From Antedon mediterranea (Eukaryota > Animalia > Echinodermata): DNA of 64,000 nucleotides. A program made the position numbers and the translations under genes. Below are positions 9,955 to 21,500 of this stretch, piece after piece (within the stretch, counting starts at the first letter, position 1; each line of letters begins with the position of its first letter). The notes below the pieces were generated by a model. That model saw only the letters and a list, made by a program, of their open reading frames with translations. It was not told the DNA's origin and searched no databases. The DNA is taken from the NCBI RefSeq assembly GCF_964355755.1, contig NC_092675.1, forward strand, positions 2,971,812 through 3,035,811, written 5' to 3'.

Positions 9955-10845
9955 CGCAAATTTAGGCCTAATTATACTACACTACCAAAATCCGTAGCAT
10001 ATAGTAGAAAACCATCGGATAGGAATGCGGAACCCCAGGTTCGAAGTTCTAATTCCAAGCAATCGTTCCAAGGGTCTTTGATATTTTCTATTGTTGATGA
10101 TATTTATTCAATTGTCTACGTCACACATACAAATAATAACCACAATTTAATCGCCAGTGGCAATTTAAAAGCAAACAAAGCAGGTTGTTGTTATGTAAAA
10201 TTATGTTTGTTATTGGGGATTGTGGGATTAAAGATCGGTTGACTAGACACAATGATGTGCTCTTACCTGCTATTATTAATTATCTACGTCAACATTAGCT
10301 ATAAACTCCCATAGCTGCTATTTATAATCGAATTGCACATTATATCACGTTGATGAGATTTTTAGGTCGTATTATAATAAGAGAGCAAACTGCCGGTCAT
10401 TGTATGATCAAACACCACGAGTGACGATCACTAACAAAACCTCTACAGCTGGTGCATCTGCATAGTATGCAATTGAATTGAACTAAAAATAAGCACAAGC
10501 TTAATGCAAATTTGTCTCCAAAACATTCCGTTTGGTTGACACATGTAAAGTACTGCACATCTGGAGCAAAACTGCCATATTATATTAAACAATCTATCAT
10601 ACTGTTAATGTAAACAAATGGTTACAATAATGCAAAAAAAAACAACAATTTAAAATTCAAATATTCTTTTATTGTACAAAAATATCAAGTATATAGAAAA
10701 AAAAAACTATTAAGGCAGATTATGTAGGTAATTATTTAAATCACAAAATTATAGAGTTTGTTCTGATAATGCAATGATATTGTTTTTGAAAAAACTAACA
10801 AAAATTCGAATGAACTACAAATATGCACTCCATCTAGAGTAGGTA

Positions 10846-11151
10846 CAGTTATACTTTTAATATTCCTTTCACACACGGTAGTTTTGTACGCGTGCACGCA
10901 GTGCACTTGCAAACTCCCGAGTTTTGCGATGTGAAAGAGGGCATAACTCACAAATGTGTTTTATGTGTTTGTACTGCAGAAGAACCCCAGGACACCTCCA
11001 GGATTTGGACTTTGTCCATTTAATAGAAAAGCGTCCCCTTAATAATAGCGTTCCCTTAACTTTGATGTCCTCAAACTCGGGAGTTTGCAAGTGCACGCAG
11101 TGCACGCGTACAAAACTACCGTGTGTGAAAGGAATATTAAAAGTATAACTG
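10846..11151. mobile_element. MITE with about 80-bp TIRs, CAGT...ACTG termini and TA flanks (Tc1/mariner-pogo-like)
   Basis: 10841-10924 is the near-perfect reverse complement of 11073-11156. TA lies at 10844-10845 and 11152-11153. Confidence 0.85.
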
Positions 11152-11513
11152 TACCTCCTCAAAGGATTCCTACTGTATTTTAGACATTAAGACCATTCTT
11201 TATGAACAATTAACAAAAAACGCTGCTTCTAAATAATTAAATTGTCAGTTTAGATGTATCGGTATGGGTTGCATTGTAGTCATAAATCATATATATTTTC
11301 TCCTTTAAGTACTAACCCGTAATTATACCATTTAAGCAAACATGACGGCAAAAGAATTACAATTGTTTATAAGCCACACCTGGAAGAGTTGATTAAATAG
11401 TATATAAATATATTTTTCTTCTTTTACACCATAAAAATATACTAAATCAATATAATTATTTATGTACGAAAGTACTATAGCCTACTGTACAAACATATCA
11501 CATCGTTAATACC

Positions 11514-12833
11514 AGGGAAGTTCACTCTTCCCCATGGAAGTTCACTCTTCCCCATGGAAGTTCACTTTTCCCCATGGAAATCCACTCTTCCCCATGGAAG
11601 TTCACTCTTCCCCATGGAAATTTACACTTCCCTGGGGAAGTTCACTCTTCTCCATAAAAGTCCACTCTTTCTCATGGAAGTCCACTCTTCCCCGTGGAAA
11701 TTTATTCTTCCCCATAGAACTCCACTCTTTCCCATGGAAGTTCATTTTTCCCCATGGAAGTTCACTCTTCCCCGTGGAAGTTCACTCTTCTTCATGGAAG
11801 TCCACTCTTCCCCGTGGAAGTTTATTCTTCCCCATAGAACTCCACTCTTTCCCATGGAAGTTCATTCTTCTCCATGGAAGTTTACTCTTCCCAATAGAAG
11901 TTCACTCTTCCCCGTGGAAGTTCACTCTTCCCCGTAGAAGTTCACTCCTCTTCATGGAAGTCCACTCTTCCCCATGGAAGTCCACTCTTCCCCAGGGAGG
12001 TCCACTCTTCCCCGTGGAAGTTCATTCTTCCCGAGGAAGTCCACTCTTCCCCATGGAAGTTCAGGCTTCCCCATGGAAGTTTAGGCTTCCCCATGGAAAT
12101 TCACTCTTCCCCATAAAAGTCCACTCTTTCTCATGGAAGTCCACTCTTCCCCATAGAAGTTCATTCTTCCCCGTTGAAGTTCATTCTTCCCCATAGAAGT
12201 TCACTCTTCCCCATGGAAGTTCACTCTTCTCCATGGAAGTTTATTCTTTCCCATGGAAGTTCACTCTTCCCCAGAGAAGTTCACTCTTCTCCATGGAAGT
12301 TTATTCTTTCCCATGGAAGTTCACTCTTCCCCAGAGAAGTTCACTCTTCCCCAGGGAAGTCCACTCTTCCCCGTGGAAGTTCACTCTTCCCCGTGGAAGT
12401 TTATTCTTTCCCATGGAGGTTCACTCTTCCCTAGAGAAGTTCACTCTTCCCCAGGGAAGTCCACTCTTCCCTGTGGAAGTTTATTCTTCCCCATAGAACT
12501 CCACTCTTTTCCATGGAAGTTCATTCTTCCCCATGGAAGTTCACTCTTCTTCATGGAAGTCCACTCTTCCCTATGGAAGTTCACTCTTCCCCAGGGAGGT
12601 CCACTCTTCCCTGTGGAAGTTCATTCTTCCCCACGGAAGTCCACTCTTCCCCAATGGAAGTTTATTCTTCCCCATAGAAGTTTATTCTTCCCCATAGAAG
12701 TTCACTCTTCCCCATGGAAGTTCACTCTTCCCCATGGAAGTTCATTCTTTCCCATAGAAGTCCACTCTTCCCCATGGAAGTTCACTTTTCCCCATGGAAG
12801 TTCACTCTTTCCCATGGAAGTTCACTTTTCCAT
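11514..12833. repeat. 20-bp minisatellite (CCCATGGAAGTTCACTCTTC)n, about 66 diverged copies
   Basis: Direct 20-bp periodicity. The overlapping plus-strand ORFs are products of the repeat. Confidence 0.97.
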
Positions 12834-13494
12834 GTCAGTAACATACAATTCGGTGTCTAGCTTTTGAATAAGATTTCGATAACAAAATAGGTCTTAAAAT
12901 TAAAAGCTGGTCTATAAAGGGTAATTAATTACAGGAAGACAAATAATGGTAATAAGATTTATCAATATTATTTTATAAACGAATGTTCAGTATATTACAT
13001 TTTAAATATTACTATAAGAGCAATAAAATCGAACTGTTTCTTTAAAATTTCAAATCATAGTTGATTCGGCTTTACCTTTTGCATTTAAACGGTTTCAAAA
13101 TATACTTGTTTTACACAATCATTTTCATATTTCTAAGCAGTGCGTGTCTCCATAGACAAATTTACTTTTCCCTAGTTAATCTTATTCCATCTAAAAAATA
13201 ATGCTATGAGAATCTCTCTCGTTCAGTTTTAAAGAATCATGCAAACGGAAGCACACAGTTTGTTCATTTTGCCAACTACAGTATATAAATATATGATTGG
13301 CAAATGCAGTTTAAATATATGGTTGTAACAACATTTCAATAGTATTCCTTTTCATCGCCATTAGTAAGTCATACATTGCCGACTACCGTAATTTTTTACT
13401 TTTTCAGTAACGATCTGACACTTTCAACTTAACTTACTTTTGTTGGAGAGGTGTTTGTAATTTGTTCACACCATTTCAATCTCCATTTTAACTT

Positions 13495-13641
13495 AAGCTT
13501 GGCTCCCTGTTAGACCCAACGCAATGCTGTAATCGCACTGCAAATAATTTGACCAATCACAAGGCTTGGATCGTCCGAACTATCACATACGATTGGTCAA
13601 CTCACTTGTGTTACACTTGCGTCAAAGTGAGAACCAAGCAT
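13495..13641. mobile_element. Short palindromic MITE (related copy near 61319-61455)
   Basis: Ends AAGCTTGGCTCCC / GAGAACCAAGCA, with an inner perfect inverted pair TTGACCAATC / GATTGGTCAA. Confidence 0.55.
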
Positions 13642-14062
13642 TAACCTGTACCAGTAGACTTGCTTCATTTTCATATTGCCTACCACCTGACTTCCATAAA
13701 ACTGGATTAATAGAACACCAGATTTAACATCAAATTAGCAGCAAATTATGCTTTTAATTTATTTTATATATATATATATATATATGTTCATTTGTTTTTC
13801 AAACTATTTTGTATTATAACTTCTTACAGGCATTATAACTCCTATTATTATTTATCACTACTTTATATTATATAAATATACCTCAAAATAAAATAGAACT
13901 TTAATTTTAAATTGGCAATTTGAGTTGTTTTATCTTTTATTTTTAGATAAATGTTATCTTACATTAATTACAAAAGTTGATTGGAAAGTACTGTCCTTTA
14001 ATAAAAAAAAACAATAAAAATTACAATAAAATTAGCAATAATACTGTATATGAATACAAAAA

Positions 14063-14678
14063 AAGTATCATGTACACATATAGAACTCCTATAGATCTGG
14101 TTGGTGTTCATACATGTTGTATCAAAGTAACGTAAACTAATACATAGCATAGTAAGGTAATTAAGTATCATGTACACATATGGAACTCCTATAGATCTGG
14201 TTGGTGTTCATACATGTTGTATCAAAGTAACGTAAACTAATACATAGCATAGTAGTAAAGGTAATTAAGTATCATGTACACATATGGAACTCCTATAGAT
14301 CTGGTTGGTGTTCATACATGTTGTATCAAAGTAACGTAAACTAATACATAGCATAGTAGTAAAGGTAATTAAGTATCATGTACACATATGGAACTCCTAT
14401 AGATCTGGTTGGTGTTCATACATGTTGTATCAAAGTAACGTAAACTAATACATAGCATAGTAGTAAAGGTAATTAAGTATCATGTACACATATGGAACTC
14501 CTATAGATCTGGTTGGTGTTCATACATGTTGTATCAAAGTAACGTAAACTAATACATAGCATAGTAAGGTAATTAAGTATCATGTACACATATGGAACTC
14601 CTATAGATCTGGTTGGTGTTCATACATGTTGTATCAAAGTAACGTAAACTAATACATAACATAGTAGTAAAGGTAATT
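14063..14678. repeat. Six near-identical tandem copies of a 100/104-bp unit
   Basis: Units start at 14063, 14163, 14267, 14371, 14475 and 14575 with AAGTATCATGTACACATATGGAACTCC. Confidence 0.97.
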
Positions 14679-15568
14679 ACACTACATCTAAATGTGCAAT
14701 TCTTCTTCAATACCAAAGTTTACGCTGCCCATTTATAATATTAAGATAATTTCATCTACGAGGAATATATAAAAACTTTTTACTTCCATAAAACACATTA
14801 TTATTATTATTATTATTATTAGTATTATCATATCACTTATAGGACTCTATTGCATGTATAGATAGTATAATACATTTAAAAATTATAAAACTAATATATT
14901 TTATTTTTAAACTTGTTTTAAAGAGATTTACCGACAAGGTACTGTACATTGGAAGACATTTTGTGGACAAACTTTGACAAAAGTTAACAACTTATGTTTT
15001 GTGTACAGTGGTTGTCATGGATACTAATATGTGAACTCACAAAATCATATGTACTATTTTTGTTTAGAAATTTCGTCTATAAAATATTTTCAAAAATAGG
15101 CAGTAAAAATATCCAGAAAAAGGCATTTAAACGTAAAACTAAAGCTTGAAAAAAAAATATTCATAATATGGTGAAAAAACACTAGTAAGGTAAGGTTTGA
15201 AGTACACCATTCGTTTTCAAAGGGATAAATAAAAGTCAGATTTAGAATTTCCTAACATGCTACAACCGACCAAAAGATTATATTTGTAGTGAAAACGTCA
15301 TTGTGGAGTAAGAAAGCCTTACTCCACGTATGTGCTGAGAAGCAAACAGATGGATGCAAAGTAGCACAGAAGATTCGGCACGTTTGGGAGAACATCGGTT
15401 TTCCCTTCTGGAAACAAATGGCGTACCACAATTCTCAATTTAATTCCATACACTCGAATCATCTAAAGAAACCTAACTAGATTGTCCAATATTTCTAAAT
15501 TAATTAAAAAATTATCATATCATATAAATATATTTTTTTTTTGAAAAAATAATTTCATTATAAAATAA

Positions 15569-18500
15569 TTACATAGAATAATTTGCATCTTCGAAAACTC
15601 TTTGCTGCAAAATATCATTTTCTCCTAATTTTTGATACCTAACATCCTTAAACGCAGTTTCATTTCTTCTGAGTTTGAAAAATATACAAAATGCTAACAA
15701 AACGCATATAACTATCAGGATTGAAACTACGCCGACAACTTTTACGTATGCGTTGTTTTGTAGAGGAAGATATAAAAGAACGCAAACTGTATCACGCTTG
15801 GTGTAATCTTTACTGCATTCAATGCACTCTGTCTGCATCCCGCCGTAACACGTAGAGCAAGACTCATGACACTCTTTGCACCATGTGTCCTTCAGATAGA
15901 AGCCATTTTGACACTTACTAGACCCGTCGCGTCTACTCGTGCATCCATTAACACCAGCACCTAAACACGAGGAACACTCTTTGTGACAAGGTAAACAAGA
16001 TTCTTTGAATCCAGTCTCCCAAGGCTCTTTAATTGCTGCTCTATATTTGCCTTCTGGACATGGTTTGGTTGTTGGACGTTCTTGTAAACAATCAGTTTCT
16101 TCTCCACCGTAACAGGTGAAACATCGTTGGTGGCAGTGTTGACAGATTCCTAGACCATGATCAAGATATGTTCCATCAGGGCAGTTGTCAATTGTAGTTG
16201 ATTTCATTAAAATACAATCAAATGGGTTTGGCCCGGTGCATGATGTACAATCTGAATGGCATTGTTTACAAATGTTGCTGGCAATTTCCAAAAAGAATCC
16301 TTGAGAACAGGCAGCGACTTCTGGAGTGGTTGCTGCTGCTTCATCTAAACAACTATCATAGTTGTTACATTTTAAACAACCTTCAAGACAAGTCCTGCAT
16401 TGCCAAGTTGACACATCCAAGTAGCTACCAGTTACCACTTCACCATTTATAACTGGTCTACATTCTGGAACATCTTTTACCTCTATGCATCCTTCTGTAC
16501 CTTCTACCATACATGTGTGACATGATGGATGGCATAAATTACAGGTTCCTTCCCGTTCTCTGTAGTAACCTTCAGTACAGTCATAATCTGTCTTGTTTGG
16601 TGGTGCGTCAGTCATTTTTCTGTTTGTAGTTGCTATTTGTTCTTTAGTGCTAGGATTTGGCTTGGTGGTTAATTTCTGAGTTGTATACTTTTTCTCAGTG
16701 GTAGATATTGGTTTAATAGTTGTTCTTTCCACATCTGTAGTTTTTTCGGTGGTTGGGTTAGATTGATTGGTCCTTAGTTGACTACTTGGTTTTTCGCTTG
16801 TTATACTCTCGGTGAAAGTTACTTTAGTGGTTGACTGTGATGGTTTAGTGGTTGGTTTTAATAGTTCAGTGGTTGGTTTTACTGGTTCAGTGGTTGGTTT
16901 TACTGGTTCTGTGGTTGGTTCATATGGTTTAGTGGTTTTCTGTGCTGCAATAGGTTCGCTAAGTGGTTCATTTACTGTTTCTGTGCCGTATAATTTTAAC
17001 GTCCAGGAGGTCAAGAAACCTGAAATAAAAAGAAATATTTGATTTATATTGAAAAGAAAATCAAAAGATTTTCTACAAATTAAGGTATCACTTACAAATG
17101 ATTTCTGATTGTAGTATTAATCAATAATGATTTCTATTTTAATAAATAAATTTAATAATTTTAATAATACAAAACTAGTACTGTTAAATAATCCAGGGTT
17201 ATTTAAATGTAGCAGAAAAAAGTTTTGAATGCCTACCGGTGTTATATGAGCTTCCTTTGTTTTCTATCTGCAATGTCCATTTTCCTTGAGGTTGTTCTCC
17301 CCATGTATGAGTGCTCATAAACTCCCAGTTAGAAAAGCCAGTTCCTGATGCATCATGTGGTCTCTTAGGCAGTAGCATCGCAGACGTACCCATTGGAGAC
17401 GTCAGATGGATAACCAGGTCTCCGCGCCGAGGGAACGTTATAGATAACACTGCATGCACTTTCTCTAAGTAATTCAATTTCTCAGAGGTTCCTGCACAAC
17501 CATCGCTTATATGGTCTAACAATAGTTTTCCCTTGATTTGTCTAATAATATAAATATAAAATAAGTTGAAGACAAAGGTCAAAGCTTCAATTTCTGGAAT
17601 GTAATAATTTGAGTGCAAACCATTTATTTTATTAATATTCATATTTTATTAATAATACAAACAGTACAATAGAGGAATATTAAGACAAGACATAAGACAA
17701 GACATAAAATAAGACAAACTAAGACCTAGGAAAGCTAGCACTCATAGACTACCAACACCACTGTTGGTTTGTGTGATTTATTGTGGGCATACAGGGACAT
17801 TGGGAAGTGTTTCTTCACTCGAATCTTTGACAGTTCTGGGAGACAACATACATACTGTATTGTATAATAAAAGCACTGATATTCTTACTAGGTCTACAGT
17901 GTAATACAGTATCAAACTAACAACATTATTCAATGAGGTAAATACAGTAAGTTCATCTCATTCAGCACATTGCTATACCCACAGTATTACTAATCAAATG
18001 GAAATTATACAGTAGGCCTGCTTCAGGACAGAACACCACAAATATTTTATACCAAGTACATTAACACTTACAACCTTGGTACAATGGTAGTGCTCAAAAT
18101 TACCCACAGTATGACTAATCAAATGGAAATTATACAGTAGGCCTGGTTTAGAGCAGAATACCGTTGCACTGGCCCAAATATTTTATACTAAAAGTACATT
18201 AACACTTACAACATTGGTAGTGCTCAAAATTACATGAGTGTTAATATGATAAGCATATGAGATTGCTCACATTTACATTTAAGCATAAAAACTACATATA
18301 TTTTACCAATAGTTTATCTGATAATATAAGAGTAACACTTACTTGCGTTGTGAGACAACAGCCTGACTACATGTTTTCATAGGAGGTACAGTTGGCCACC
18401 TTAATGCTAGATCTACCATAGCTGAAGCATCCATCAATCCAAATCCATATGAATGACTTACTGAAAACCGAATGAAGAATATACTTTGAGAATAAAGAAC

Positions 18501-21500
18501 TATATTTCTCCTTCCTTCATTCATTCATTCATTTATTTTATCAAAATCACCAAAAAAAAAATAAAAAGGTTCATGAATAAAACAGTATTAAAAACAACAT
18601 ATAAAACAGTGATGAAAATATTTTAAAACATCCACTCAATGCAAGTTGATGTACTATTTGGCATATATATGATATCATATGATAGTGCAGTGCTGTTCTG
18701 TGCGAGTGAGTGGTCGAGCGGTTAAGACACCGCAATTATGTAGCCATAACATTGGCAAGGGTTTAAGGCTTACTCGCTCATGGTTCTGGTGGTAAAACAA
18801 GTCTTCTTGGATAAGGACTAGAAACCAGTGTATACATCTAGCTCATGTGCACTTTAAAGAACCTAGTACATCTTTCATTACCCTGGTGTACTAGTACACA
18901 CACAGCTTCTGATAATAACTGGGCCCTCTGTGAGACCCAGTATAAATAAATTCAAATTCAAATAGGTGTAACCTCCACTTTTGAGAAGAGAATTATGGAA
19001 AGTCATGGTGGCCAACCAATAATGCTTAGTTTCCACTTTGATGCAACACAAGGACTAGAAAGCAACAGTATACAAATGCATAGGATTAAAATTCCTTCAT
19101 TGACTAATACCTTTAAATCCAGCTCCATTTGTTATCCAGTCAGATTCATCAAGATGTTCCGGCCTGGCAGTATTTACCACAATGTGTTGCAGGTCACGCC
19201 ATGTCAGATTAGGGCTGAAAAAAATAAAATAAATGGTGATATTAAATGATAGCATGGATGGGCAGTACCATAGACTGAGAAACAATGAAGCATGACATAC
19301 ATTTGTTTAATGCCGACTACAATGATTGGTTTATACATGCTAAATAATCTTTGGTACTGCATTATACAATTATAAAAAAACTTAAATTTAACAAGTATTA
19401 AACTCTGTCTATACTATCAAACTCTATGTGACAACAAAATGTGATGCACCCATATATGGACAGGATGTCACTACCATATTTGATAGTGTAGACAGAGCAG
19501 AACATTCATGCAATCTAGAAGTAGGCGACAACTTACTTGGCTTCTAATGCCAAAGCACAGATAGCAGCAGCAAGTGGAGCAGAGGCTGATGTCCCACTGT
19601 GTTGCTTCGTACATCCCTTTCGAAGATCAACAGTTACCTGTAAAATATATCAAGTAAAAATAAGTTATTATGGTTTCAATGTTGTATATTAGTTGTTTAT
19701 TTAAAGATGTATTGTCCCCCTGAACAAATAATTTTTGGTTGAATATGCCATTTTAATGTCAAATAATAGTTATCCACTTTGACCAAAAAAGGGATCGAAA
19801 AAAAATTATTTACCTGAAAAAACATGGTCAAATTGGCTGCCAGCCAATGGATTTTTGGTTGAATTTTACCATTTATTAAGTGAAAATTTTATAAGTGAAA
19901 ACATGATTTTATTAGTTTTTTTTCTATTGAAGTGATTAACTTGATTAAAACTACAAAATAACATATTCAAAGTCTGATTTAATTAATCTTCATTTTTCAT
20001 GTTTTTGGGAGACAATACATCTTTAAGGGACTATGTCAAAATCAATTTATTACAGTAACTTTAAGCAGTTAGTAACTTATTTAAAAAATATAATTAAATT
20101 TATATTAAACAAATATTTAGTCGAAGATTTACCACTTGTTTTTCTCTAGTGCTACCACTACTATACGTTGTCGCCAGCGTTGATGCACATCTCTCGGAAT
20201 ACCATGGAACTTTTCCGTTCTCAGACACGCTGCTGACCGATAATGTATAGATGGTGTTGGTATACCCATCGCAGTTACAACTATCTTCCATCCTCCCTCC
20301 GTTTCCAGATGCCCATACAAATATCGAACCTAGACCACCTCGTCCCTGAAAACAAATAGTATGGTATTTAAATAATCAATCTAAAAGGCAAACCTAGATT
20401 GATACAGATCTATACAACTCATACTACTGTATTTTTGACATATTGTAAAACATAAAATAGTTTACAATCAATTAACACTCAACTTGTGGATGGGTTGATC
20501 AATGATGTTTTTCTTGATAACAAATGTACGAGATTTCCAGGAACGGGTGCGGGGAAAGCGTTATGTTTATAACTTTTCAACTCCACAACCAAAACCCTAC
20601 CACATTTTTTTATATTAAATTCAAGATGAATGTGGTGGATTAATTGAATAGAAGTTTACTTTACTATTTAAAACAGTAGATGTGTTTAAAAAAAAGGTTT
20701 TATTTGTTGTATGGTTGTACGACTGTTTCATTAAATTTTACTCCACCTTATGGAATAGAAACCCTATTTAATTGTTTGCATGGCAACATCAATGTTGATA
20801 TAAAGTTTGCGGTACACATATATACTTTGATCGTCCACAGGAGTGAAAATGAGGAAGTCCGGAGGATGATGAAAAGTATTTTGATCAAAACGTCGCAAAG
20901 TTTAACAGTTTATTTTCAGATCTACGCACATGGTTACCGCAAACTTTATATTAAAAACCATAATCATCTACTATTTATATACCACTAGAATAGCATAAAA
21001 AACATGTAGCATTTCAATTCAAAATAAAATATTTTTAAAAATACATAAATCATAAGATTAAACTCCATAACCTATACAGACATATGGTAATACTTTATAC
21101 CACCATATGCTGGATAACGTGCTGTTAAAATGTTTATATCCTGACCGAAAGCAAAATACCACACATATCCCTTCAGGAAACCAAGAAATGTGGTTAGCAT
21201 ATGTTTAAAAACAGATCATATTTCAAATTCATATAATAAATGTATTAATATTACATTATATTATGGTAAGTACGAACTCCCACAAAAATAAAAATATTCA
21301 TAATCATATACAGTGTGGGTAGGTGTCAAAATGTATTAAAGGTAATCTGAGGTTCTTTAATGTCGGTACATTGTTGAAGCTGGATGGAATGCCATCAAAT
21401 AAGCTTTAGGTGGAAGACTTGTTATCCCATGGAGGTATCATGACTGTCCCCACCTACAGTAGCACACCACAATTACATTGTTATTTGATCTTTTATGTGT

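Noticed and set aside
11534-12867. ORFs up to 220 aa in the 20-bp array
   Set aside because: The same peptide cycles through all frames, so this is a repeat artefact.
17976-18235. Two-copy duplication of about 125 bp in a furin intron (similar one at 5777-5950)
   Set aside because: Ordinary local duplications with no splice or coding consequence visible.
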